Source: a candidate division FCPU426 bacterium
GTDB lineage: Bacteria > Oederibacteriota > Muellerivitia > Muellerivitales > Muellerivitaceae
Reading direction: 5' to 3'
DNA: 64,000 nucleotides
NCBI GenBank assembly: GCA_963796105.1
Contig: CAWCKJ010000003.1
Span: 832,001 to 896,000 of the forward strand
Shown here: piece by piece, positions 19,372-29,334 of the stretch
Numbering within the stretch: position 1 is the stretch's first letter
Layout: every line of letters starts with the position of its first letter
The notes under the pieces: generated by a model
Told to the model about the DNA's origin: nothing
What the model saw: only the letters and a program-made list of their open reading frames with translations
The model's database searches: none
Position numbers and translations under genes: made by a program

Positions 19372-20781
19372 TCATTCGGATTTCGGATGGTTTAAAAGTC
19401 GTATGGCTTTCTGGGCGTAGGAGTCCCCCTGGGTGGCGGCTTTCTCGTACCAGACCAAGGCCTCTTTATTGCTCTGGACCACGCCCCTGCCGTTCTCATA
19501 GAGGACCCCGATGTTGTATTGGGCCGGGGCCGCCCCTTGCGCTGCGGCCTTCTGATACCACTTCATCGCCTCCTGGTAATCCTGGTTCACTCCACGGCCG
19601 TTGTCATAAAGGACTCCAATATTGAATTGAGCGGGCGCGTTCCCCTGAACGGCGGCCTTCTGGTACCACCTCATGGCCTCCTGGTAATCCCTCGGGACCC
19701 CCCGGCCGTTGTCATAGAGTATGCCAATATTGTACTCAGCCAGGGCGTTTCCCTGCGCCGCGGATTTTTGGTACCACCTCATGGCTTCCTGGTAATCCTG
19801 CGGAACCCCCCGGCCCTTATCGTAAAGGAATCCGATGCTGGCCTGGGCGGTCGTGTTTCCCTGGGCGGCGGCTTTTTGGTACCATTTCATGGCTTCCTGG
19901 TAATCCTGGGGAACTCCAAGTCCCTTGTCATAAAGGTAGCCGATCCCTGCCTCGGCGCCCGCGCTCCCTTGGGCCGCGGCTTTTTGATACCACTTCATGG
20001 CCTCGGTATAATCCGGGGCCACTCCCCTTCCCTTGTCGTAGAGGACCCCGATGTTGTTCTGGGCGTCGGCCAGCCCTTGTGCGGCGGCTTTCTGGTACCA
20101 CTTCATCGCCTCCTGGTAATCCTGCGCAACACCCCGCCCCTTGTCATAGAGAATGCCGATGCAGTTTTGGGCCTCGGCCGAACCCTGCGCGGCGGCTTTC
20201 TGGTACCACTTCATCGCCTCCTGGTAATCCTGGGGAACCCCCTGCCCAGTATCGCTGAGCACGCCGACTTTATACTCTGCTCCCGGGTTTCCCTGCGCCG
20301 CCGCCTTCTGGTACCACTTGATGGCTTCCTGGTAATTCTGGGGAATTCCACGGCCCGTCTCGTAGAGTAGGCCGATGCTGTACTCGGAATCAGCTTGTCC
20401 CTGCGAGGCGGCCTTCTGGTACCACTTAAGGGCTTCCAGGTAATCCTGTGGGACTCCCTGCCCATTCTCGTATAAGAGGCCGATTTTGTAATCAGCGGCA
20501 GGACAACCCTTCTCGGAGGCTTTTTTGTACCACTTCATGGCCTGGACATAATCCCCCGCGGTGGCTGAGTCCGAACCACTCTTAATCCACTCGGTCACGG
20601 CGTTCGGATTGCGCATGAAAATGAAATCCATTCCGGATTTCAGCCAATCGGAAAGCGCGTCCAGGTTGCCCCCGTAATAGACGTAGGCCCCGAGCCAGAT
20701 GATCCCCCCGAAAAACAAAGTCAAGAACGCGCGGAATAAGAACTTGCCCATCGTTGTTTCCTTTGATTTAGATTTCCTCAT
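19372..20781 (-). CDS. Sel1-like repeat protein (11 repeats) with N-terminal TM
   Basis: 36-aa repeats IGxLYxxGxGVxQDYQEAMKWYQKAAAQG. Confidence 0.95.
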   Translation of the reverse strand: MRKSKSKETTMGKFLFRAFLTLFFGGIIWLGAYVYYGGNLDALSDWLKSGMDFIFMRNPNAVTEWIKSGSDSATAGDYVQAMKWYKKASEKGCPAADYKIGLLYENGQGVPQDYLEALKWYQKAASQGQADSEYSIGLLYETGRGIPQNYQEAIKWYQKAAAQGNPGAEYKVGVLSDTGQGVPQDYQEAMKWYQKAAAQGSAEAQNCIGILYDKGRGVAQDYQEAMKWYQKAAAQGLADAQNNIGVLYDKGRGVAPDYTEAMKWYQKAAAQGSAGAEAGIGYLYDKGLGVPQDYQEAMKWYQKAAAQGNTTAQASIGFLYDKGRGVPQDYQEAMRWYQKSAAQGNALAEYNIGILYDNGRGVPRDYQEAMRWYQKAAVQGNAPAQFNIGVLYDNGRGVNQDYQEAMKWYQKAAAQGAAPAQYNIGVLYENGRGVVQSNKEALVWYEKAATQGDSYAQKAIRLLNHPKSE

Positions 20782-21323
20782 AACCAGATTTCAAGCCGCA
20801 AAACGAGTTGATGCTTCATTGTGAACAGGTCGCGGATGAAATTTCGTTCAAATATAATAAACAAGGAATCGAAATCTAGCCCGAAAATGAGGATGGAAAC
20901 CCCCAAGTACCCCTAAAACATATCAAATTCCACGGGTTTTTGTTGATTATAGAAATTTGGCATGAAAGGCGGGGGAAAAACATGACCAAAGGTTGCATAA
21001 AACCATGACCTGTGGTCTGAGAGTCAAAATGCACTTAGACAAACGCCAGCTTTACGCCCTAGTTCAGGTAACCCTCAAAACCCGTTACAATAAGGTAGTC
21101 TCGTCAGCCGAATGGAAAAAACCCCGGGGATAGACAAGTAAGTTTCTTCACTACTGCCGCCCGATGTTTCCTAGCCCAATTGGATCATGGTTGTCCCCCG
21201 AAACACTATGAATATTGCTTAAACAAATGAGACGAGAAGGATTTTCGGGATTACCGCGCGTGATGCCTAAGCGTTTAAAACCTTGTCGGGGCAGTTTCCA
21301 ATTAGGTCAACCAATAACCGGGT

Positions 21324-22616
21324 TCAGGGTCCGAAGACCTTGATGCAATTGTTATCCGCGATATACACGTTCCCTGACGAGCTCAGGCAGAAATAATCGA
21401 TGTTTCCCAGCGCGTTAGTGCCTGTCGTTCCCCACTGGCAAAGGAAATTACCGAACAGATTAAAATCCTCCATCCGTTTGTTGCCATAATCCGATACATA
21501 ACAAATTCCGCTCTTGTCCACCCGGACGCCGCAGGAACAGAGACCGAATTGTCCTGGGTTGGTCCCTTGGCTTCCGATCTTGCACTCGTAGGTCCCGGTG
21601 TTCGTGTATTTATAAACGCAAAAGTTGTTGTAATCCGGCGTGTAAACATTGCCCCAGAAATCACAGGTGATGCCGTCCGGATCGCTTGGGTTGGTGTCCC
21701 AGGAGCCGTTGGTCGACCAGCCCAGGATGTAATTGCCGTTATTGTCGAAACTTTGGACCCTTTGGTTAATAGCCTCTACCACGTAAATGTGGTCGTTCGG
21801 ATCGCAGGCCAAACCTCTCACCCCCTCGAATTGGCTTTGGCCCGTTCCCGCCGAACCCCATTGGGTTATAAAAACTCCCGTGTTAGAAAATTTTTGAACA
21901 TTATCGTTTCCGTCATCGACAATGAAAATGTTATTAGAAGAATCGGAGCATATGCCGTTTAAGGCGTTAAATTGCCCATTGCCGCTGCCCAAAGTGCCCC
22001 ATTAGGAAAGGTATTGCCCGTTGCTGTTGAATTTTTGGATTCGGTGGTTGGACCTGTCCGCGACGAAAATATTGCCGTTGGAATCCTCAATCACTCCATA
22101 TATGGCGTTAAATTGGCCGGCCCCGCTACCCGCGGAACCCCATTTGAATTTAAAGGTCAATGGTTGGGCCGATGTGACGACTGGACAGGTTGGGGTGGCT
22201 GTTGAAGTGACCGTTGCAGTATGGGTATTAGTGGAAGTCCATGTGAATGTGGAAGAGTTGGTTGGGGTTGATGTGGGCGTTGAGGTATCAGTGTCAGTGG
22301 TGGTAAAGGTATAGGTAAGCGTGAAAGTGCAGGTGGGGGTTGGGGTATCTGTCAGCGTAGCGGTGAAGGTATGAGACGGAGTGAATGAGTTTGTGGCGGA
22401 GAAAGTGAAAATGGGGGTAAAAGTGGCTGAAGGTGTTGGGGTGAGGATCGCAGTTGGCGTATTGACCAATGTTGGGGTGTAAGTTCCGGAATAGGTAAAA
22501 GTGGGTGTAATGTGGCAACTGGTAGGAGGCGGTGTCGGGCCGCTCACAAAGGTAGATCGGGTGCAGGCGCCTACCATAAAACCAAAACCCAAGGCCAAAT
22601 AGATGATCTTTTTCAT
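21324..22616 (-). pseudogene. Thr/Pro-stalk NHL-repeat lipoprotein interrupted by one in-frame stop (22002-22004)
   Basis: Lipobox MVGAC, TP-rich stalk, NHL repeats; reads GQYLS-TAA-WGTLGSGNGQFN in the same frame across the two ORF calls. Confidence 0.85.
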
Positions 22617-22940
22617 ATATTTCCTCCTGGAAAACCCAATGTAAACAAGTCGCGTTGGGTGTCATATTTGAAGGTGCTCATACCCTATAGAGTCCCCATC
22701 CCTGAAAATAATCCAAAAAAAATGAAATTTTTCAGAATCAGGCTTAATTGAAGGGGTATTCAGAATGAAGAAGCTCGGCCTAGCTGGAAGGTCTTATTTA
22801 TCGAGGGAAAAACGGGGGAAGGACCGGCTTACGGTTAATGTTTCGATATGCTGGAAATGGCCGAAGATGACAACGCCTTCACCGTAAGATTTTCAGACTT
22901 TGAAACCCCGCCACAATTCAAAATTTTGAATTTTCTGGAG

Positions 22941-23717
22941 CTATGGGTTCCTCGCGCATCGGCACCCGAAGGCTGGGTTCCTCACGTCCGCCGTGCTCCA
23001 ATTGCGGTTCGCGGCCCTCAGCATTCCCGAACCGTTGCCCCAGGAGCCGCCCCTGAGGACCTTGTATTTGCCTTGGTCCGGACCCTTGGGATTTTTCTTG
23101 GGGCTCTTGAAGTAATATTCCTCGCCGTACCAATCCGCGCACCATTCCCAGAGATTTCCCAGCATGTCGTAAAGCCCGTAAGGGTTCCAGGTCTTCAAGG
23201 CCACAGGGTGGGCCTGGTTGCCGGAATCGTCCGAATCCCAGGCGTATTGTTCCAAGCCGGCCGGACTGTCGCCCCAGAAGTAAACCGTTTTCGTTCCACC
23301 CCGCGAAGCCCTTTCCCATTCCGCCTCGGTGGGAAGCCTCTTTCCATCCCATGAGCAAAAGGCGCTCGCGTCGTTCCAATTGATATGATGAACCGGCATG
23401 TTGTCCCGTCCCCAGCCGTCATCAGCCGGCATTTCCCACCCTGTCTCTTTGCAGAACTTGTCGAATTGGGCGTAGGTCACCAGCGTTTGGTCGATATAAA
23501 AGGCGTCCACCCAGACCTTGTGCCTGGGCTTTTCCCCGATTCCGCCTTCCCCCTTGGACGATCCCATATAGAAATATCCGGCAGGGATCAAGATCATCTT
23601 GATCCCGTCCTTGTTCATGATTCCCTTCATCACTAGGTCTTTGGCTGACGCGTTCTCCACTGCACATAAAAATATTAAGGCGACTAGAATGAAAAAAAGT
23701 GTGTTTTTGAGCTTCAT
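22941..23717 (-). CDS. Exported formylglycine-generating-enzyme (FGE/SUMF1) domain protein
   Basis: IPAGYFYMG, RLPTEAEWE, NPYGLYDMLGNLWEW, RGGSW, GCRC. Confidence 0.93.
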   Translation of the reverse strand: MKLKNTLFFILVALIFLCAVENASAKDLVMKGIMNKDGIKMILIPAGYFYMGSSKGEGGIGEKPRHKVWVDAFYIDQTLVTYAQFDKFCKETGWEMPADDGWGRDNMPVHHINWNDASAFCSWDGKRLPTEAEWERASRGGTKTVYFWGDSPAGLEQYAWDSDDSGNQAHPVALKTWNPYGLYDMLGNLWEWCADWYGEEYYFKSPKKNPKGPDQGKYKVLRGGSWGNGSGMLRAANRNWSTADVRNPAFGCRCARNP

Positions 23718-24047
23718 GCCTGCTCCTGTAGTAGGGATCCTCAAGAGAATATGCAATTGTCTAATGGGATTTTACCAGTTTCTAACAGACTTTTATTAAT
23801 TGTGTTTTCAGTCTCTTATGTCCCGGACGGTAAAAACAAATACTAAGACCCCTACCCTAGCGAGGTTTAGTCCCTTTCTCCGGACGAGACACATGATTAA
23901 AAAATCAAAAGGGTGGTTCTATTAAAGTTATCTTCGTCAAACAAACCTCCTTCCAAAAGCCAACAAAAACGGCCTTTTAAGCCCCTAAATTTTTGAAATA
24001 ACCCGGTTTTTTGCCGTCTATAGCATGAGTAATAATAATGCTACAGG

Positions 24048-24392
24048 TTGCCATGTTTTTCGAAACCCGCTTTCCTGGTCATGGACGCCGAGAAATCGGA
24101 ATTTAAGGATGGGGCTTTCGACATCGTGGCCGCCAGCATGGTCACCCATCACATGCCCCATTGGGAAAAGGCTTTTCAGGAAATGGTCCGTGTTTTGCGT
24201 CCCGGTGGATATTTGATCTATACCGACTTGATGCTCCCCTCCTGGCTCGCGGTCCTTAGGCGTTTACTTCCTTTTGTCGGGATACCCACGAAAAACCGGG
24301 TGGAATTTCTAGCCACCCAGGCCGGATTGACGAGCGTTTATCAGGCAAATAGGGGCCTTCAATCCGACTTCATCTGGGTAAGAAACAGGTAA
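24048..24392 (+). pseudogene. C-terminal fragment of a class I SAM-dependent methyltransferase
   Basis: MDAE..F.DGAFDIV...HH.....AFQEMVRVLRPGG; the N-terminal SAM-binding motif I is missing. Confidence 0.7.
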
Positions 24393-24512
24393 AAATATTG
24401 TTTATTATTCCGGCATAAAATTCTCAAAACCGGGACCCGGATTTACGAGGAATCATTTAACGAAAGATTCTGCTAAAATACAAACCATCTCTTTTCCCTC
24501 AGGGAGAACCGC

Positions 24513-24642
24513 GTGAAAAAGCTGAACCAAAGCGGACAAGGTTAAAACCAATACGGATTTAATTGAATATATCCTGGTGGCGCTCCTGGTCGTCGTCGGG
24601 GTGGTCACCTATTTCATTATTTTTCACCACAAGCCTTATTAA
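24513..24642 (+). pseudogene. Flp-type pilin gene disrupted by a 16-bp insertion
   Basis: GTG-KKLNQSGQG, then TAAAACCAATACGGAT (24543-24558), then LIEYILVALLVVVGVVTYFIIFHHKPY*; N-terminus nearly matches flp at 32021. Confidence 0.75.
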
Positions 24643-24652
24643 GGGGGGCGCC

Positions 24653-24760
24653 ATGAAAAACATCAATTGGGAGAAGGTCACGGCTTATTTCTCGCTGGTT
24701 TTTATCACGGCAGTCGCGATATTTTGCATTTACAAAGTGCTCTCAAACTCGACCTTTTAA
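24653..24760 (+). CDS. 35-aa single-TM microprotein A
   Basis: MKNINWEKVTAYFSLVFITAVAIFCIYKVLSNSTF; G-rich RBS; paralog follows. Confidence 0.7.
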   Translation: MKNINWEKVTAYFSLVFITAVAIFCIYKVLSNSTF

Positions 24761-24784
24761 TCGGGGTTTCCAACGGAGGACAAA

Positions 24785-24892
24785 ATGAAAAAAATCAATT
24801 GGGAAAAAGTGGGCGTCATCATCCAGATTGTTTTAATCCTTTATGTCGTGGCCTTCGCCATCTATACCTTGATGCATCAAAAGGCTTATTAG
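24785..24892 (+). CDS. 35-aa single-TM microprotein B (not in ORF track)
   Basis: MKKINWEKVGVIIQIVLILYVVAFAIYTLMHQKAY; GGAGG RBS; shares MKxINWEKV with A. Confidence 0.7.
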   Translation: MKKINWEKVGVIIQIVLILYVVAFAIYTLMHQKAY

Positions 24893-25058
24893 GACTTCTA
24901 AAAAAAATATTAATTTCACCACGGGTTCTTTCAGAACCACAAAGTTAATTTGGAAAAACATCAATATTTAAAGGCTTAAACTTATCGGCAACAACTTCTG
25001 TGCGGAGCATCACAGTTTTAAAACAATAATTTAATTAATCCAGACTTGTATATGGTTA

Positions 25059-25132
25059 GAAATTGTTTGAGTTTTAAATTGTGGTTTGATTTTCGCGACA
25101 TGAAAATCCACAGCAATTTAGGATTTAAAATT
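25059..25132. repeat. Conserved intergenic hairpin element R1
   Basis: Core TTGATTTTCG-N-GAAAATCC within an imperfect ~70-bp inverted repeat; homologous to 27040 and 30396. Confidence 0.8.
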
Positions 25133-25336
25133 GCATATCCAGCTTCTTTTCAATTCCCTCTCGATCATTTCCATTTTCCAGGTAATCTCTTTGGCAAAAT
25201 ACGTCGGTATTTGTTTTGAAGATTTGGTTATGTATGCCCGATTTTTCCATCGTCGACTAAAAAACCCCACTTATTATGGAAGGAAGGATACAATCAAAAA
25301 TATATATTGATGATTAAACCGGAAAAGAAGGTAATC

Positions 25337-26872
25337 ATGCGAAGAATTATTTTATCCAGTGGATGCAGGTTGTTTCTTTTGGCGCTTCTGGGTTTCATCC
25401 CAATCGCCTGCGCGAATAATAACAACCCAACCCAGCCGGGAAGATCGACTCCCGTCGCGACTTCAACTCCCACCCTTACGCCCCAGTACAGCGCCACCTC
25501 GACCCCAAGCCCAACGCCAACGGCCACTCTATCTCCTACCATCACCGTAACTTCCACACTGAGTCCCACGGTCACCCCTACCGGCACTCCGACGATAACT
25601 TTTTCCCCGACTTTTTCCACTACCGATACCCCGACTTTGTCCCCCACTCCCCTAACACCTACCTATTCATATACCGCCACCCCTTCTTCAACCTTTACCG
25701 ATTCACCCACGCCGAGTCCCACGGACACCGCCACAGAAACATCTACGGAAACTCCCACCCCCACCGCTACTTCTACCCCTACGCCTTCTCCGACCTTCAC
25801 CGATTCCCCCACGCCTAGCCCCACGGACACTCCCACTGAGACATTAACCTTTACCCCCACCGCTACCGCGACCGATACACCCACTTTTTCACCAACTATC
25901 ACGAATACATCCACAGAGACCCCCACTGAGACATCAACCTATACCCCTACGCTTACCCCAACAATCACTCCCACCCCATTGACCGCAAACTGGACCATCG
26001 GAACCGGATCATTGCCCTTTTCCGTTATTTCAGCCACAGCCCTGGTGTACAACGGCAAAATGTGGGTCATGGGAGGAACCCAGGGTTCAGCCACCAACAA
26101 CGTCTACTATTCCACTGATGGCGCCACGTGGTTCCAAGCGGCCGCCACGGCGCCTTTCACGGCGCGTACCGAACTCGCTTCCGTCGTGTTCGGCGGCAAG
26201 ATGTGGGTCATCGGCGGATATTCCGCCGGAACTTGTTTTAATGACGCGTGGTATTCCACCGACGGTTCCACCTGGACCCAGGCGCCGGCCACGGCCCCTT
26301 ATCCGGCCCGTTCCGGCCATACCGCCCTGGCGTATGGCGGATTGATGTGGGTCATCGGGGGAAACAATTGCGGCAACGCGGTCAATGACGTGTGGTACTC
26401 CTCCGACGGGGCCACCTGGACCCGCGCGCCCGCCACCGCGCCCTTCCCGGCCCGTATGTACCATACCTCACTGGTATATAACAGCATGATGTGGGTTATC
26501 GGGGGCGTACCGGGGTACACTTCGGGATTAAATGACGTTTGGTATTCCACCGACGGCGCTACTTGGACCCAGGCTCCCGCCACTGCGCCTTTTCCCGCGC
26601 GTTACGGCCATACTTCAGTTCTATACGACAACAAGATGTGGGTTTTCGGCGGGAATGGATCAATGGGTTCCATAAGCGATTATAACGACTCATGGTATTC
26701 CACCGACGGCGCTACTTGGACAAAGACTCTCACCACTAATACTTATCCCGCGAGGTTTTTACATACCTCCGTGGTGTATAACAATTCGACCGGTTCAGGG
26801 CTTGACGGCGAGATGTGGATTATCAGCGGGAGGCAGAGCGGGTATCAATACGATACCTGGTACGCGCCCTGA
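25337..26872 (+). CDS. Lipoprotein: Thr/Pro stalk plus six Kelch-like repeats
   Basis: Lipobox IPIAC; about 185 aa TPT-rich; repeats MWVIGG..NDVWYSTDGATW..APFPAR. Confidence 0.88.
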   Translation: MRRIILSSGCRLFLLALLGFIPIACANNNNPTQPGRSTPVATSTPTLTPQYSATSTPSPTPTATLSPTITVTSTLSPTVTPTGTPTITFSPTFSTTDTPTLSPTPLTPTYSYTATPSSTFTDSPTPSPTDTATETSTETPTPTATSTPTPSPTFTDSPTPSPTDTPTETLTFTPTATATDTPTFSPTITNTSTETPTETSTYTPTLTPTITPTPLTANWTIGTGSLPFSVISATALVYNGKMWVMGGTQGSATNNVYYSTDGATWFQAAATAPFTARTELASVVFGGKMWVIGGYSAGTCFNDAWYSTDGSTWTQAPATAPYPARSGHTALAYGGLMWVIGGNNCGNAVNDVWYSSDGATWTRAPATAPFPARMYHTSLVYNSMMWVIGGVPGYTSGLNDVWYSTDGATWTQAPATAPFPARYGHTSVLYDNKMWVFGGNGSMGSISDYNDSWYSTDGATWTKTLTTNTYPARFLHTSVVYNNSTGSGLDGEMWIISGRQSGYQYDTWYAP

Positions 26873-27039
26873 GTGTTGGTTCAGCGAAAGCCTGATTGAG
26901 GTTCAGCATGTGGTGGAATTGGAATTTTTTCCCCATCCCATGAATCCCCTGCATGCCAGCCATCCATGAAGCTTATAGGGAGGCTGGTATCGTACCGATT
27001 TCATTATCTGGTTTATGGAAAATCGGAAAATCCCAGCGA

Positions 27040-27114
27040 AAAATTGTTTAAGTCTTAAATTCAGGTTTGATTTTCGCGACACGAAAATCCTCATCCATTT
27101 AACATTTAAAAATT
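27040..27114. repeat. Conserved intergenic hairpin element R2
   Basis: AAATTGTTTAAGTCTTAAATTCAGGTTTGATTTTCGCGACACGAAAATCC... Confidence 0.8.
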
Positions 27115-27235
27115 AGAACTCTAGCTATGTTTTTCTTTTGCCGAGGATAGGTTTAATCTGTAATTTTTCATTCTTCATTGTTCATTTCCGTTTTGTCAGT
27201 TTTCTCCCACATCCTGAAAACCATAAATATCTCTT

Positions 27236-28221
27236 TATGCTTATGCACAAAGTGACCGTGCTGTAATGGGTTTTGCTAAGGCACATGCGGTCAAAGCACG
27301 GTGAAATAAGGAATCGGGATCATGACGACGGTTGAACCGATAGGCATATTCACTTAGATACCGGCCTAAATACTTAGCATCAACGCCATGATGAGTTCCA
27401 ATGATCCAGGCCTTGGCGTTGGAAATGAACCGGTGTACCCAGGGCAACCAACTTTCCAACTCTTTCGGGTCATTGGCCATCACCCGGTAGTCTGCCTCCA
27501 CTCCTTTGAGTTCACGCAAGGCTGGCGAAGCATCTGTGTTGAGGAAAGAGCCTTTTTCCATAGTCTGATTCACGAATTCCTGGCTCTCCCACTTGGTTTC
27601 CATAGCTACCTTCACCTTGGCAAAACCCGCTTTTTCCTTCTTGCAACCATTCTCATCCACCCATTCCTTGCTTTCCACCGCCACCAAGACTTCCACTTGG
27701 TTTTCCTTGGCCTTTTTCCCAAAAACCGCCCCATCCAACTCAATGACGCCCTTTAGAGTATAGCTTTCGTCCTTTTGCCTAAGACCTTCCCGGATCTTAT
27801 GCAATAGAAGCCATGCCGAATGATCCGAAAGATTTAAATGCCGCTTCAGTTCCAGGGCCGAAATACCCCGTTTGCCCTGCATCATCAAACTGATGGCCCT
27901 GACCCAGGTTAAAAGAGGCAGCTTGGAGCTTTCAAAAATCGTCCCGGCGCGAAGCCGAAGACGTTTCCGGCAATAGTCACATTCCCTCACTTCAGGCTTG
28001 GCCTGGTGTTGCCAGAAGCTTTCGCCCTCACATTGGGGACAAACAAAGTCTTTCCCGCCGAAACGGCATCTCCACACCCATTGGCGGGCTTCTTCTTCCG
28101 TGTGGATTTTCCTCAGAATTTTAATGCTTTTCATCCGCTGGTAGCTCATGTACCACCTCCCGTAGCGGACAGTATACCTATGTATTCCTTTATTTCAAGG
28201 GTCACTTAATACAGAAGCATG
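27236..28221 (-). mobile_element. IS1595-family IS, copy 2 (first unit of tandem dimer)
   Basis: Same IRs as the other copies; flanked by TATCTCTT at 27228-27235 and 28222-28229. Confidence 0.95.
27241..28149 (-). CDS. IS1595-family transposase
   Basis: Protein identical to 3676-4584. Confidence 0.95.
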   Translation of the reverse strand: MSYQRMKSIKILRKIHTEEEARQWVWRCRFGGKDFVCPQCEGESFWQHQAKPEVRECDYCRKRLRLRAGTIFESSKLPLLTWVRAISLMMQGKRGISALELKRHLNLSDHSAWLLLHKIREGLRQKDESYTLKGVIELDGAVFGKKAKENQVEVLVAVESKEWVDENGCKKEKAGFAKVKVAMETKWESQEFVNQTMEKGSFLNTDASPALRELKGVEADYRVMANDPKELESWLPWVHRFISNAKAWIIGTHHGVDAKYLGRYLSEYAYRFNRRHDPDSLFHRALTACALAKPITARSLCA

Positions 28222-28229
28222 TATCTCTT

Positions 28230-29215
28230 TATGCTTATGCACAAAGTGACCGTGCTGTAATGGGTTTTGCTAAGGCACATGCGGTCAAAGCACGGTGAAA
28301 TAAGGAATCGGGATCATGACGACGGTTGAACCGATAGGCATATTCACTTAGATACCGGCCTAAATACTTAGCATCAACGCCATGATGAGTTCCAATGATC
28401 CAGGCCTTGGCGTTGGAAATGAACCGGTGTACCCAGGGCAACCAACTTTCCAACTCTTTCGGGTCATTGGCCATCACCCGGTAGTCTGCCTCCACTCCTT
28501 TGAGTTCACGCAAGGCTGGCGAAGCATCTGTGTTGAGGAAAGAGCCTTTTTCCATAGTCTGATTCACGAATTCCTGGCTCTCCCACTTGGTTTCCATAGC
28601 TACCTTCACCTTGGCAAAACCCGCTTTTTCCTTCTTGCAACCATTCTCATCCACCCATTCCTTGCTTTCCACCGCCACCAAGACTTCCACTTGGTTTTCC
28701 TTGGCCTTTTTCCCAAAAACCGCCCCATCCAACTCAATGACGCCCTTTAGAGTATAGCTTTCGTCCTTTTGCCTAAGACCTTCCCGGATCTTATGCAATA
28801 GAAGCCATGCCGAATGATCCGAAAGATTTAAATGCCGCTTCAGTTCCAGGGCCGAAATACCCCGTTTGCCCTGCATCATCAAACTGATGGCCCTGACCCA
28901 GGTTAAAAGAGGCAGCTTGGAGCTTTCAAAAATCGTCCCGGCGCGAAGCCGAAGACGTTTCCGGCAATAGTCACATTCCCTCACTTCAGGCTTGGCCTGG
29001 TGTTGCCAGAAGCTTTCGCCCTCACATTGGGGACAAACAAAGTCTTTCCCGCCGAAACGGCATCTCCACACCCATTGGCGGGCTTCTTCTTCCGTGTGGA
29101 TTTTCCTCAGAATTTTAATGCTTTTCATCCGCTGGTAGCTCATGTACCACCTCCCGTAGCGGACAGTATACCTATGTATTCCTTTATTTCAAGGGTCACT
29201 TAATACAGAAGCATG
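28230..29215 (-). mobile_element. IS1595-family IS, copy 3 (second unit of tandem dimer)
   Basis: Flanked by TATCTCTT at 28222-28229 and 29216-29223. Confidence 0.93.
28235..29143 (-). CDS. IS1595-family transposase
   Basis: Protein identical to the other copies. Confidence 0.93.
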   Translation of the reverse strand: MSYQRMKSIKILRKIHTEEEARQWVWRCRFGGKDFVCPQCEGESFWQHQAKPEVRECDYCRKRLRLRAGTIFESSKLPLLTWVRAISLMMQGKRGISALELKRHLNLSDHSAWLLLHKIREGLRQKDESYTLKGVIELDGAVFGKKAKENQVEVLVAVESKEWVDENGCKKEKAGFAKVKVAMETKWESQEFVNQTMEKGSFLNTDASPALRELKGVEADYRVMANDPKELESWLPWVHRFISNAKAWIIGTHHGVDAKYLGRYLSEYAYRFNRRHDPDSLFHRALTACALAKPITARSLCA

Positions 29216-29334
29216 TATCTCTTTAATTGATCGTTTTACAGCCTAGGAGTATGATCATTAAATCGCTGTAAATACGCGGGGAAACACCCATAACTTTCCA
29301 GATTATTAAACGTCTAAATATAAGGAGGTATCTC

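Noticed and set aside
19372..20600. CRISPR-like periodic repeats
   Set aside because: The 108-bp periodicity is the coding Sel1 repeat; the periodicity at 37355-38200 and 42500-43150 is likewise protein repeats.
22002..22004. Stop-codon reassignment or programmed readthrough
   Set aside because: Single instance; TAA terminates many intact genes in this window.
22941..23717. Diversity-generating retroelement target (FGE/CLec fold)
   Set aside because: No reverse transcriptase and no template repeat differing at adenines were seen in the window.
23795..23900. Possible MITE or structured RNA upstream of the FGE gene
   Set aside because: Only short, imperfect complementary segments, with no TSD and no second full copy.
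25294..25926. Val/Gly-rich ORFs opposite the stalk regions (also near 39261, 46150, 52888)
   Set aside because: Reverse-complement reading of Thr/Pro codons, not real genes.
3671..29215. Composite transposon bounded by IS copies 1 and 2/3
   Set aside because: Each site has its own matching TSD on both sides, indicating independent insertions.
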